Positions 1 through 15,651 of a stretch of 64,000 bases of DNA are shown here, in pieces (position 1 is the stretch's first letter; every line of letters begins with the position of its first letter). Below the pieces are notes generated by a model. The model ran no database searches. It was given only the letters and a program-made list of their open reading frames with translations, and had not been told where the DNA came from. A program made the position numbers and the translations under genes. Location of the stretch: NCBI RefSeq assembly GCF_003018235.1, contig NZ_CP027437.1; one strand, written 5' to 3'. The stretch comes from Escherichia coli. GTDB taxonomy: Bacteria > Pseudomonadota > Gammaproteobacteria > Enterobacterales > Enterobacteriaceae.

Positions 1-5730
<5,730 letters not shown>

Positions 5731-7380
5731 GTGAACTGGCGCAGAATCGTCTGGCTATTGGCGTTGGTTACTCTGCCAACGCTTGCGGAGGAGACGCCGT
5801 TACAACTGGTGCTGCGCGGTGCGCAGCACGATCAACTGTATCAGCTGTCGTCATCAGGCGTGACTAAAGCCTCGACATTACCTGACTCGCTCACCACGCC
5901 GTTAGGGAGTTTGTGGAAACTGTATGTTTACGCCTGGCTGGAGGATACCCATCAACCGGAGCAGGCCTACCAGTGTCGTGGAAACTCCCCGGAAGAGGTT
6001 TATTGTTGTCAGGCTGGGGAGAGCATAACGCGCGATACCGCGCTGGTACGTTCCTGTGGGCTCTATTTTGCGCCGCAGCGGTTGCATATTAGCGCAGATG
6101 TGTGGGGGCAATACTGGCAACAGCGTCAGGCACCTGCGTGGTTAGCGTCTCTTACTACGCTGAAGCCAGAAACCTCGGTAACGGTTAAATCACTGCTTGA
6201 TTCATTAGCGACGTTACCCGCGCAAAACAAAGCTCAGGAAGTCTTACTGGATGTGGTGCTGGACGAGGCGAAAATCGGTGTCGCATCCATGCTCGGTAGT
6301 CGGGTACGGGTGAAAACCTGGAGCTGGTTTGCCGATGATAAGCAGGAAATCCGTCAGGGTGGTTTTGCTGGCTGGTTAACCGATGGTACACCGCTGTGGG
6401 CTACTGGCAGTGGCACCAGCAAAACGGTACTAACCCGTTATGCGACGGTGCTTAATCGAGTTTTGCCAGTGCCGATGCAGGTTGCCAGTGGGCAATGTGT
6501 AGAGGTGGAACTGTTTGCCCGCTATCCGCTGAAGAAAATCGCAGCGGAAAAGAGTACGACGGCAGTAAAACCCGGCGTACTTAATGGGCGCTATCGTGTG
6601 ACGTTCGCCAATGGTAACCACATTACGTTTGTCAGCCACGGTGAGACGACCTTACTGACCGAAAAGGGCAAACTGAAATTGCAGTCGCATCTCGATCGTG
6701 AAGAGTACGTTGCCAGAGTTCTGGATCGCGAGGCGAAAAGTACGCCCCCTGAGGCAGCGAAAGCCATGACCGTGGCGATTCGCACTTTTTTACAGCAAAA
6801 CGCCAATCGGGAAGGCGATTGCCTGACCATCCCCGACAGCAGCGCCACGCAGCGTGTTTCTGCTTCGCCAGCGACCACGGGGGCGCGAACGATGACCGCC
6901 TGGACGCAGGATCTCATCTATGCGGGCGATCCGGTTCATTATCACGGCAGTCGAGCTACCGAAGGGACGCTTTCCTGGCGGCAAGCCATGGCCCAGGCGG
7001 GGCAGGGGGAGCGTTACGACCAGATACTCGCGTTTGCTTATCCCGACAACAGCCTTAGCCGCTGGGGAGCGCCACGCTCAACCTGCCAGTTATTACCCAA
7101 AGCGAAAGCCTGGCTGGCGAAAAAAATGCCGCAGTGGCGGCGTATGTTACAAGGCGAGACGGGGTACAACGAACCAGACGTGTTTGCGGTCTGTCGTTTA
7201 GTCTCAGGTTTCCCCTATACCGATCGGCAGCAGAAACGGCTGTTTATTCGTAACTTCTTTACGCTTCAGGATCGGCTGGATTTAACCCATGAGTATCTGC
7301 ACCTGGCCTTTGATGGTTATCCCACCGGGCTTGATGAGAACTATATCGAAACGCTGACTCGACAATTATTAATGGACTAA
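5731..7380 (+). CDS. yfaQ: YfaQ (DUF2300) protein, with a GTG start
   Basis: 549-aa ORF with a signal-peptide-like N-terminus, directly after yfaS. The length matches K-12 YfaQ. Confidence 0.7.
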   Translation: MNWRRIVWLLALVTLPTLAEETPLQLVLRGAQHDQLYQLSSSGVTKASTLPDSLTTPLGSLWKLYVYAWLEDTHQPEQAYQCRGNSPEEVYCCQAGESITRDTALVRSCGLYFAPQRLHISADVWGQYWQQRQAPAWLASLTTLKPETSVTVKSLLDSLATLPAQNKAQEVLLDVVLDEAKIGVASMLGSRVRVKTWSWFADDKQEIRQGGFAGWLTDGTPLWATGSGTSKTVLTRYATVLNRVLPVPMQVASGQCVEVELFARYPLKKIAAEKSTTAVKPGVLNGRYRVTFANGNHITFVSHGETTLLTEKGKLKLQSHLDREEYVARVLDREAKSTPPEAAKAMTVAIRTFLQQNANREGDCLTIPDSSATQRVSASPATTGARTMTAWTQDLIYAGDPVHYHGSRATEGTLSWRQAMAQAGQGERYDQILAFAYPDNSLSRWGAPRSTCQLLPKAKAWLAKKMPQWRRMLQGETGYNEPDVFAVCRLVSGFPYTDRQQKRLFIRNFFTLQDRLDLTHEYLHLAFDGYPTGLDENYIETLTRQLLMD

Positions 7381-7384
7381 TGCT

Positions 7385-8161
7385 ATGCGAAAGATTTTTC
7401 TTCCGTTGTTACTGGTGGCGCTTTCGCCTGTTGCCCATGGCGAAGGTGTGCAGGAAGTCGAGATTGATGCACCACTCTCTGGCTGGCATCCGGCAGAGGG
7501 CGAAGATGCCAGTTTTTCACAATCGATCAATTACCCGGCGTCGTCCGTCAACATGGCAGATGATCAAAATATCTCAGCGCAGATCCGCGGCAAAATAAAG
7601 AATTATGCTGCGGCGGGTAAAGTTCAGCAGGGCCGGCTGGTGGTCAACGGTGCCAGTATGCCGCAGAGAATTGAATCCGATGGTTCATTTGCACGCCCTT
7701 ATATTTTCACTGATGGCAGCAACAGCGTGCAGGTCATCAGCCCAGATGGGCAAAGCCGACAAAAAATGCAGTTTTACTCAACGCCGGGCGCTGGAGTGAT
7801 CCGCGCGCGTTTACGGCTGGTTCTCTCCTGGGATACGGACAATACCGACCTCGACCTTCACGTTGTTACACCTGATGGCGAACACGCCTGGTACGGTAAC
7901 ACCGTGCTGAAAAACAGTGGTGCACTGGATATGGATGTCACGACGGGGTACGGCCCCGAGATTTTCGCCATGCCAGCGCCGATTCACGGACGTTATCAGG
8001 TGTATATCAACTACTATGGCGGACGCAGCGAAACGGAATTGACGACCGCCCAACTGACGCTGATCACCGATGAAGGATCGGTCAATGAGAAACAGGAAAC
8101 ATTTATTGTACCGATGCGTAACGCTGGCGAGCTGACGCTGGTGAAAAGTTTTGACTGGTGA
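7385..8161 (+). CDS. yfaP: YfaP (DUF2135) secreted protein
   Basis: 258-aa ORF with a signal peptide; last gene of the yfaS cluster. Confidence 0.7.
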   Translation: MRKIFLPLLLVALSPVAHGEGVQEVEIDAPLSGWHPAEGEDASFSQSINYPASSVNMADDQNISAQIRGKIKNYAAAGKVQQGRLVVNGASMPQRIESDGSFARPYIFTDGSNSVQVISPDGQSRQKMQFYSTPGAGVIRARLRLVLSWDTDNTDLDLHVVTPDGEHAWYGNTVLKNSGALDMDVTTGYGPEIFAMPAPIHGRYQVYINYYGGRSETELTTAQLTLITDEGSVNEKQETFIVPMRNAGELTLVKSFDW

Positions 8162-8169
8162 TTAATGGG

Positions 8170-8235
8170 GTTACCTTCGCCGTCGATGTTCAAGAAAACG
8201 CCCGATAACTTTCGCTATCGGGTGTTTTTATTGAT
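8170..8235. terminator. Bidirectional hairpin terminator between convergent yfaP and atoB
   Basis: cccgata...tatcggg inverted repeat followed by tgttttta, located between two stop codons. Confidence 0.5.
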
Positions 8236-9419
8236 TAATTCAATCGTTCAATCACTATCGCAATTCCCTGACCGCCACCAATGCACAGCGTTGCCAGACC
8301 CAGCGTTTTATCGTGTGCCTGCATTGCATGTAGCAGTGTGACCAGAATACGTGCACCGCTGGCACCGATAGGATGCCCCAGCGCGATAGCCCCGCCGTTG
8401 ACATTCACTTTCTCAGGATCAAAGCCCAGCGTTTTCCCTACAGCAAGGAACTGCGCGGCAAATGCTTCATTGGCTTCGATGAGATCAATGTCTGCCAGTT
8501 GCAGCCCCGCCAGTTGTAACGCTTTTTGCGTGGCAGGTACTGGCCCCATACCCATCATTGAGGGAGCCACGCCGCCGCTGGCATAACTTTTAATGCGTGC
8601 CAGTGGGGTAAGGCCTGCTGCCAGTGCCGCAGATTCTTCCATAATCACCAGTGCGGCAGCACCGTCGTTAATGCCAGACGCGTTCCCGGCGGTGACTGTT
8701 CCTGCTTTATCGAAGGCCGGGCGCAATGCGCCTAACGCTTCAGTCGTAGAATCCGCTTTCGGGAATTCGTCTTGACTGAAGACGAAGGTTTTCTTCCGAG
8801 TGACAACATTTACCGGGACGATTTCGGCTGTAAAAGCACCGGACTCAATTGCGGCTGCCGCTTTACGCTGTGAATGTAGCGCCAGTTCATCCTGCATTTC
8901 TCGGGTAATTCCGTACTCTTTGGCCACGTTCTCGGCGGTAATCCCCATATGATAACCATGGGTGGCGCACATCAGACCATCGCGCAGGATTACGTCATAA
9001 ACCTGTCCGTCTCCAAGACGATAACCAGAGCGTGCTTTTGCATCGAGTAAGTAGGGCGCTAAACTCATATTTTCCATACCCCCCGCCACAATGCTTTGCG
9101 CCTGACCTGCCTGAATTGCCTGGGCGGCAAGCGCCACACTTTTAAGACCCGAACCACACACTTTATTGACCGTGAATCCGCACACCGTTTCTGCCAGTCC
9201 GCTTTTTAACAGTGCCTGACGTGCCGGATTTTGCCCCAACCCGGCTTGCAACACGTTACCCATAATCACTTCATCAATGTGTAGTGAATCGATTTTTGCA
9301 CGTTCAATGGCGGCTTTAATTACTGTCGCCCCCAGGTCGATGGCGCTGGTGGAAGCGAGTGAACCGTTAAAACTACCGATAGCAGTACGTACCGCACTGA
9401 CGATGACACAATTTTTCAT
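8235..9419 (-). CDS. atoB: Acetyl-CoA acetyltransferase (thiolase II)
   Basis: 394-aa thiolase with the motifs VCGSGLKS and [17 protein letters not shown]. Last gene of atoDAEB. Confidence 0.9.
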   Translation of the reverse strand: MKNCVIVSAVRTAIGSFNGSLASTSAIDLGATVIKAAIERAKIDSLHIDEVIMGNVLQAGLGQNPARQALLKSGLAETVCGFTVNKVCGSGLKSVALAAQAIQAGQAQSIVAGGMENMSLAPYLLDAKARSGYRLGDGQVYDVILRDGLMCATHGYHMGITAENVAKEYGITREMQDELALHSQRKAAAAIESGAFTAEIVPVNVVTRKKTFVFSQDEFPKADSTTEALGALRPAFDKAGTVTAGNASGINDGAAALVIMEESAALAAGLTPLARIKSYASGGVAPSMMGMGPVPATQKALQLAGLQLADIDLIEANEAFAAQFLAVGKTLGFDPEKVNVNGGAIALGHPIGASGARILVTLLHAMQAHDKTLGLATLCIGGGQGIAIVIERLN

Positions 9420-9449
9420 TTTTTATTCCTTCTGTCTGTAGGGTTGCCG

Positions 9450-10772
9450 TCAGAACAGCGTTAAACCAATGACGAAAATGACGCCGGAGAAGAGCAGGGC
9501 AGTGATGCAATAGCCCATGATGTCGCGGACACCGAGTCCGGCGATTGCCAGTGCTGGCAGCGCCCAGAATGGTTGTGCCATGTTCATCCATTGCTCGCCG
9601 TAGGCGATCGCCATTACCGATTTACCGAGATCAGCGCCCAGCGCCTGGGCTGCGGGTATCACGAAAGGTCCCTGAATAACCCAGTGACCGCCGCCAGACG
9701 GAACGGCGAAGTTAATCAGTGCAGAACTAAAAAAGGTCATTACCGGGAAGGTGTCTTTGTTCGCAACATTGATGAAGAATTCGGTAATGAGTCCGCCCAG
9801 ACCGGAATGCTCCATCATCAGTTGGATCCCAGCGTAGAAGGGGAATTGCACCAGAATACCGGCAGTACTGCGTGCTGCCGCGCTGATAGCACGCATATAA
9901 GCCATTGGCGTTTTATGTAGCAGCAGACCCGCAATCATAAACATCAGGTTGACGGTATTGATGGTGATGTTGAAGCCATGTTCGCTGAAGTACATCGCAA
10001 GGTAAGCGATACCGAGTGCGCCGATGATCAACGTCAGAATGCGGCTTTCTTCCAGTCGCTCGGATGGTGGGGCATCTTTCGGTAGCTGCTTTTGAAAATC
10101 AGCCTCTTCCATGAGTAGTTTCGGATCGATACTCACCACGTCAGACGGTTTTGGCATCATCATGCGGGTGATAAATGGCATCACCACAATCAACGCCACA
10201 GTGATGAAAATGTTAAAACCACTGAACAGAGTATCGCCCACCGGGATCAGCCCGGCGATATGCTCAACCGGGTTGCCCGGTGTTGCAGCCAACAGAGGCA
10301 TTGAGCCAGAGAAACCGCCACCCCAGGTGAGAAAACCAATGTAGGCGCAGGCAATGAGCAACGGATAATCAGAACCGGGTACTCGGCGGGCGACTTCACG
10401 GGCAAACATTGCGCCGACAACCAAACCAAATCCCCAGTTGATGACACAAGCGACTGAACCGAAGAAAGTGACCAGCATGACGCCCTGTACGGGCGTCTTT
10501 GCGGCGGAGGCGGCAGTACGCAACAAACTTTTTACCGGAGCGGAGCTGGCAAGGGCATGACCGGTAACGATGATAAGCGCCATCTGCATACCAAACGCCA
10601 GTAAGTTCCAGAAACCGTCACCCCACATTTTCACCATGCTGATCGGCGTTTGTGGTGTTAACCAAAGCGCGATCACGAAAGTTAGCAATGTCAGCAACAT
10701 GGCAAAGATCAGTGGATCGGGAAGCCACCGGCTGACAAAACGCGTCATAAAACGCGATATGCGACCAATCAT
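9450..10772 (-). CDS. atoE: Short-chain fatty acid transporter
   Basis: 440-aa polytopic membrane protein between atoA and atoB. Confidence 0.85.
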   Translation of the reverse strand: MIGRISRFMTRFVSRWLPDPLIFAMLLTLLTFVIALWLTPQTPISMVKMWGDGFWNLLAFGMQMALIIVTGHALASSAPVKSLLRTAASAAKTPVQGVMLVTFFGSVACVINWGFGLVVGAMFAREVARRVPGSDYPLLIACAYIGFLTWGGGFSGSMPLLAATPGNPVEHIAGLIPVGDTLFSGFNIFITVALIVVMPFITRMMMPKPSDVVSIDPKLLMEEADFQKQLPKDAPPSERLEESRILTLIIGALGIAYLAMYFSEHGFNITINTVNLMFMIAGLLLHKTPMAYMRAISAAARSTAGILVQFPFYAGIQLMMEHSGLGGLITEFFINVANKDTFPVMTFFSSALINFAVPSGGGHWVIQGPFVIPAAQALGADLGKSVMAIAYGEQWMNMAQPFWALPALAIAGLGVRDIMGYCITALLFSGVIFVIGLTLF

Positions 10773-11419
10773 AAATCACCCCGTTGCGTATTCAGATCGG
10801 CGGCGACTTCAAACCGAGCTTCTGTTTTGGCACGCACGGTGGCTAAATCACACCCGTCGGCAATTTCGGTGAGCCACATTTTGCCGTCAATAAAACGAAA
10901 GACAGCCAGTTCAGTAACCAGCATATGCACCGCATGTTGCGCAGTGAGTGGCATGGTGCAGCGGCGCAAAATTTTTGCTGAACCATCTTTGGCGCAATGT
11001 TCCATGGCGATGATCACTTTGCGCGACCCGGTCACCAGATCCATCGCGCCACCCATACCGGGCACCATTTTCCCAGGCACTACCCAGTTCGCGAGGTTTG
11101 CTTCTTCGTCTACTTGCAAACCGCCGAGCACGCAGGCATCAATATGACCGCCGCGGATTAGCGCAAATGACATGGCGCTATCAAACATGGCTGCACCGGG
11201 TAAAACACCGCACGGTTGTCCGCCAGCGTTCACCAGATCTGGATGCGCTGTCGTGACCGGGCCTAAACCGAGGAAGCCGTTTTCCGATTGCAGAGTGATA
11301 TGAATACCCTCCGGTAAATAATTGGCGACCATTGTGGGTAAACCGATCCCTAAGTTAACGATGTCACCATCACGAAGCTCTTGCGCCACACGGCGCGCAA
11401 TACGTTGTTTCGCATCCAT
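10769..11419 (-). CDS. atoA: Acetate CoA-transferase beta subunit
   Basis: 216-aa 3-oxoacid CoA-transferase B subunit; it overlaps the atoE start. Confidence 0.85.
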   Translation of the reverse strand: MDAKQRIARRVAQELRDGDIVNLGIGLPTMVANYLPEGIHITLQSENGFLGLGPVTTAHPDLVNAGGQPCGVLPGAAMFDSAMSFALIRGGHIDACVLGGLQVDEEANLANWVVPGKMVPGMGGAMDLVTGSRKVIIAMEHCAKDGSAKILRRCTMPLTAQHAVHMLVTELAVFRFIDGKMWLTEIADGCDLATVRAKTEARFEVAADLNTQRGDL

Positions 11420-12081
11420 TATTTGCTCTCCTGTGAAACGATGATGTGGTCGATAACGGCACCAGGGGTGACAATATGGTCAGGTTGCAGCTCGCCGGTT
11501 TCGACCAGTTCATCCGGCTCTACCAGCGTGATATCAGCCGCAAGGGCTATCAGGGGGTTAAAGTTGCGGGCGCTAAGGTGATAGGTCAGGTTGCCAAGTG
11601 TGTCGCAACGATGAGCGCGAATTAGCGCCAGGTCGGCGCGCAGCGGGCGTTCAAGCAGCCAGGTTTTACCGTCGAGTGTCAGTGTCTGTTTGCCTTCCTC
11701 TACGACGGTGCCGACACCCGTTGGGGTGAGAAAACCACCAAGTCCAGCTCCACCACAGCGAATTTGCTCGATTAGCGTACCTTGCGGCACCAGAACGACG
11801 TCCATCTCACCAGATATCATGCGCCGACCTGTTTCCGGGTTGGTGCCGATATGTGAAGCAATCACTTTGCGGACTCGACCATTGACGATGAGCGGACCGA
11901 TGCCAGTATCAACAAACGCGGTATCATTGGCTATCAATGTCAGGTCGCGAACACCAGATTCCAGTAATGCTTCAACCAGGCGGGATGGAGTGCCAATCCC
12001 CATAAATCCGCCCACCATGATGGTCATGCCGTCACGAAAGAAGCCGGTGGCATCTTGTAATGTCATCAATTTTGTTTTCAT
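11419..12081 (-). CDS. atoD: Acetate CoA-transferase alpha subunit
   Basis: 220-aa CoA-transferase A subunit; first gene of the operon. Confidence 0.85.
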   Translation of the reverse strand: MKTKLMTLQDATGFFRDGMTIMVGGFMGIGTPSRLVEALLESGVRDLTLIANDTAFVDTGIGPLIVNGRVRKVIASHIGTNPETGRRMISGEMDVVLVPQGTLIEQIRCGGAGLGGFLTPTGVGTVVEEGKQTLTLDGKTWLLERPLRADLALIRAHRCDTLGNLTYHLSARNFNPLIALAADITLVEPDELVETGELQPDHIVTPGAVIDHIIVSQESK

Positions 12082-12126
12082 TTTTTATCCCTCTTGCATA
12101 CACCGTTGTGGGTACAGTCAGGGAAT

Positions 12127-12143
12127 AGCAAGGGGAGTGCCAG
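12127..12143 (-). promoter_or_regulatory. Sigma54 (-24/-12) promoter of atoDAEB
   Basis: Minus strand reads TGGCAC-tcccc-TTGCT, a textbook GG-N10-GC element about 45 nt upstream of the atoD start. The adjacent atoC encodes a sigma54 enhancer-binding protein. Confidence 0.75.
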
Positions 12144-12276
12144 AATGAGATTATTGGATTTTGTTATTTAACTAATTGAATATGAAGGGATAAATTGGAT
12201 GGGGATTTATAAGGAGAATGAGCGGCTATGCAGAAAATTGCGCACTGTGCAAATTTCTGCATAGCAAGTTTTGGCG

Positions 12277-13662
12277 TTATACATCCGCCGGATCGATACC
12301 GTATTCCTGGAGTTTATACATCAATGCACGGCGACTGATGCCCAGCATTAAAGCAGTGCGGGTTCGGTTTCCTTCTTGTTGTTCCAGCACTTCCATAATG
12401 ATGCGTTTTTCGACGCGTTTAATTTCCTCTTTTAAATTACGCTCTCCGACAGGGGATGTTTTTACCTCGCCAGCATTACAGACTGGCTGACGAATCTGCG
12501 GCGGAAGATCCTCAGAAAAAATGATCGGGCCTGAGTTCATCACGACGGCGCGTTCAATAACGTTGGAAAGCTCTCGAATATTTCCCGGCCATGACCAGGC
12601 GGTAAGCAGTGACATTGCCATCGGATCGATGTCGATAATATCGCGCTGATTCTCACTACTGAATTTTTGCAAAAAGTGATTAGCTAACAGGGAAATATCT
12701 TCCCGGCGATCGCGCAGAGGCGGCAGTATTAAATGAATAACGTTAAGGCGATAAAAGAGATCTTCACGGAAGGTGCCTTCTTTTACCATTGCCTGCAAGT
12801 CACGGTTGGTGGCAGCAATGATGCGGATATCAACTTTTATGGTCTGATGGCCGCCAATCCGTTCAAATTCCCGTTCCTGCAGAATGCGTAGTAATTTGGC
12901 TTGCAGTACGAGCGGCATTTCGCCAATTTCGTCGAGGAGAAGAGTACCTTCGTTGGCACGTTCAAATAATCCCTGACGCAAGGTTTGTGCACCAGTAAAT
13001 GCACCTTTTTCATGACCAAACAGTTCACTTTCGAGCAACGATTCCGGCAGCGCCGCGCAGTTGACTTTAATGAACGGCCCCTTTGCCCGCCGCGAATTGT
13101 AGTGAATCGCTCTGGCAATCAACTCTTTCCCGGTGCCGCTTTCACCGCTAATCAAGACGCTGGCCTGAGAAAGGGCAATTTTGGCGGTGTCTTTGCAGAT
13201 ATCCATCATCGCCGGGCTGTTGGTGAGAATGTGCCCCCATTGCCAGCTGGTGCTCAGTGCCTGGTGCAGATGACGGATCTCTTTTTTCATTGACTGGAGT
13301 TGTAAAGCGCGCTGAACGATTAAATTCAACTCATCGAGATCAAACGGTTTAATAACATAGTCGAAGGCCCCGCAGCGTAGCGCTTCGACGGCGGTTTCCA
13401 CTTCAGCATAGGCCGTCATCAGAATAACGGGGGTCCGTGTCTCATGGCTGCGCATCTCCTTGAGTGCCTTGATGCCGTCCATCTCTGGCATGCGGATATC
13501 CATCAACACCACGTCAGGGTGAATATCGACAAACAGGTGTAATGCTGTGCGTCCGTTGTTCGCACAATGTGTTTCGAATCCTTGTAGTGCAAAAGCGGTG
13601 CTCAGCATACGGCGAACATTATCTTCATCATCCACAATAAGGATGCGATTAATAGCAGTCAT
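12277..13662 (-). CDS. atoC: Sigma54-dependent response regulator AtoC
   Basis: Receiver domain (IVDDE...D), AAA+ sigma54-interaction domain (GESGTGKE) and C-terminal HTH; 461 aa. Confidence 0.9.
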   Translation of the reverse strand: MTAINRILIVDDEDNVRRMLSTAFALQGFETHCANNGRTALHLFVDIHPDVVLMDIRMPEMDGIKALKEMRSHETRTPVILMTAYAEVETAVEALRCGAFDYVIKPFDLDELNLIVQRALQLQSMKKEIRHLHQALSTSWQWGHILTNSPAMMDICKDTAKIALSQASVLISGESGTGKELIARAIHYNSRRAKGPFIKVNCAALPESLLESELFGHEKGAFTGAQTLRQGLFERANEGTLLLDEIGEMPLVLQAKLLRILQEREFERIGGHQTIKVDIRIIAATNRDLQAMVKEGTFREDLFYRLNVIHLILPPLRDRREDISLLANHFLQKFSSENQRDIIDIDPMAMSLLTAWSWPGNIRELSNVIERAVVMNSGPIIFSEDLPPQIRQPVCNAGEVKTSPVGERNLKEEIKRVEKRIIMEVLEQQEGNRTRTALMLGISRRALMYKLQEYGIDPADV

Positions 13663-15485
13663 ACAGTCTGATTTCCCTGCGGGTTGATCGGTAAAATAAG
13701 CGTGAAGGTTGCGCCGTAGCCCGGCAAACTGGCGACGCGAATATCACCCTGATGGGCATTAATGATGCGTTGACTTAACGCCAGACCAAGCCCGGTTCCA
13801 GAGGCTTTGGTGGTGAAAAAGGGATCGAAGATCTTTTTTTGCAGCGAGAGATCAATGCCACAGCCGTTGTCCTCTATCGAAATGGCCTGTTGTGAGTCGC
13901 TGTATTGCCAGGTTTGAATGCGAATTTTCCCTCGTGCGCTGATAGCCTGGACGGCATTGATCAGGATATTCAGTAGTACCTGTTTGAGCAGTTCACGATC
14001 GGCGTTAATCGGGCTTAATTCATTATCCAGTTCGCTTATGAAGTCGATCCGCGCTTGTACGCCAGCGGTTTGTACCAGTACCAGAGTTTCTTCAACCAAT
14101 GCATTGAGGCTGACTTGTTGCCATTGACTGTGGCGTGGACGTGAAAATTCGAGCAATTGCTGAATAACTTTGTTAATTGAATCGATTTCTTTGAGTACTA
14201 CGGACAGATATTCCTGATGTATTGGGTCGCTGGTTTGTTGGCGCAAGATCTGTACATAACCACGAATAGCCGTTAGCGGATTACGCACTTCATGCGCGAC
14301 GCCAGCCATCAGCTCACCCAGTGTGGCGAGGCGTTCTGCTTGCGCCATGCGGCGCTGGGTTTCTTTGCGGGCAGTTAAATCAGAGAAAATCACCAAAGCA
14401 CCTATCATTTCACCATGCGTGTTATGAATACGACTGGTAGTGACACTGAGTTCAATGGTGCGGTCACGGCCTGGAAAACTGATCTCCAGCGCTACATGTT
14501 CGGTGCCATGTTCCAGCGTATCCAGTACTGGACTGTAGAACTGAGTATTGTCGAACAACATGGAGTAAGGCTGCCCTACCAGTTCATGACGTTGATAGCC
14601 AGTGATGACTTCTGCTGCCGGGTTCATGGTGGTTACATCACCCTGGCGGTCAATGGCAATGACGCCATCGGCAGCGTTTTCAATAATCAGATCGTTAAGT
14701 GTCCGCGTTTCACGCAGTGCCTGGGCGAGGTTGTTAACACTCTGACTGATTTGCCCCATTTCACCGGGCAATTGTGGTAATCGAGTGGGAATATTTTGCG
14801 CCAGAGTCGAGAGGCCATCGGTGATGATATCAATATTGGCGCTCAGGCGACGGGAGAAAAGGACAATCAACAGCAGGCTTATCAGCAAACCGGCGGTGAG
14901 CACAATGATAATCCTCACATCCATTTTCCAGGCCTGGCGGCGAATATCTTCGGTTAATTCATTGGCCCAGATATAGCCGAGGATTTCACCATTACGCTCA
15001 ATGGGGATCATTGAATTCAAAATATCGCCGCGCACCTGCCTGCCTGAATAAACCAAAGGGGTATTTGTACGCATGACTTCGCGACCAGGGTGATCTGCGG
15101 CAATGGTAACGCCGACATTATTCTGATATAGCGCTGAAGGCGCGTAGGTGATTATCGCATCCAGCGTTTTGTTGTAATAACCAGCGCCGATGCCAGGGAA
15201 GGCGTGAGTGATATTTTCGGTAATGGGGGCAAGTTCTGCATTTAATGCGCGGATACGCTCCTCACGTGGTAAGTCGATGTAGAGATCATAGCGATCGCCT
15301 AGTGCCTGATTAAGCAGGTTGACCACGGCAGAAAGTTTTTTCTCTTTTTCAGATAAGACTGCTGAACGTCCTTCTGTTTCTACGATATAACCAATAGTAA
15401 GCGTTGGGACAATGACCATCAGGATTGCCATCAGAATCATTTGATTGCGTAAGCGGCGTGGATAAATCCACTTCATATAATGCAT
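13659..15485 (-). CDS. atoS: Sensor histidine kinase AtoS; the ORF extends to 15497 but the start is more likely the internal Met (MHYMKW...)
   Basis: Two TM segments, PAS, an H-box (HEVRNPL) and an ATPase domain; it overlaps the atoC start. Confidence 0.85.
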   Translation of the reverse strand: MHYMKWIYPRRLRNQMILMAILMVIVPTLTIGYIVETEGRSAVLSEKEKKLSAVVNLLNQALGDRYDLYIDLPREERIRALNAELAPITENITHAFPGIGAGYYNKTLDAIITYAPSALYQNNVGVTIAADHPGREVMRTNTPLVYSGRQVRGDILNSMIPIERNGEILGYIWANELTEDIRRQAWKMDVRIIIVLTAGLLISLLLIVLFSRRLSANIDIITDGLSTLAQNIPTRLPQLPGEMGQISQSVNNLAQALRETRTLNDLIIENAADGVIAIDRQGDVTTMNPAAEVITGYQRHELVGQPYSMLFDNTQFYSPVLDTLEHGTEHVALEISFPGRDRTIELSVTTSRIHNTHGEMIGALVIFSDLTARKETQRRMAQAERLATLGELMAGVAHEVRNPLTAIRGYVQILRQQTSDPIHQEYLSVVLKEIDSINKVIQQLLEFSRPRHSQWQQVSLNALVEETLVLVQTAGVQARIDFISELDNELSPINADRELLKQVLLNILINAVQAISARGKIRIQTWQYSDSQQAISIEDNGCGIDLSLQKKIFDPFFTTKASGTGLGLALSQRIINAHQGDIRVASLPGYGATFTLILPINPQGNQTV

Positions 15486-15651
15486 GCTGAAATCCACTAG
15501 TCTTGTCCGGTATATGACGATTATCAGAGGTTAAGGTGATGATTTCTCGGCGGTGTATCATATTCCAGAGAAGAGAGAACATTGCGGTAACACGCTTTTA
15601 CCGCTACCTTAACCACACTCCATCGGTCACCTGAGGCGGAGCTTCGCCCCT

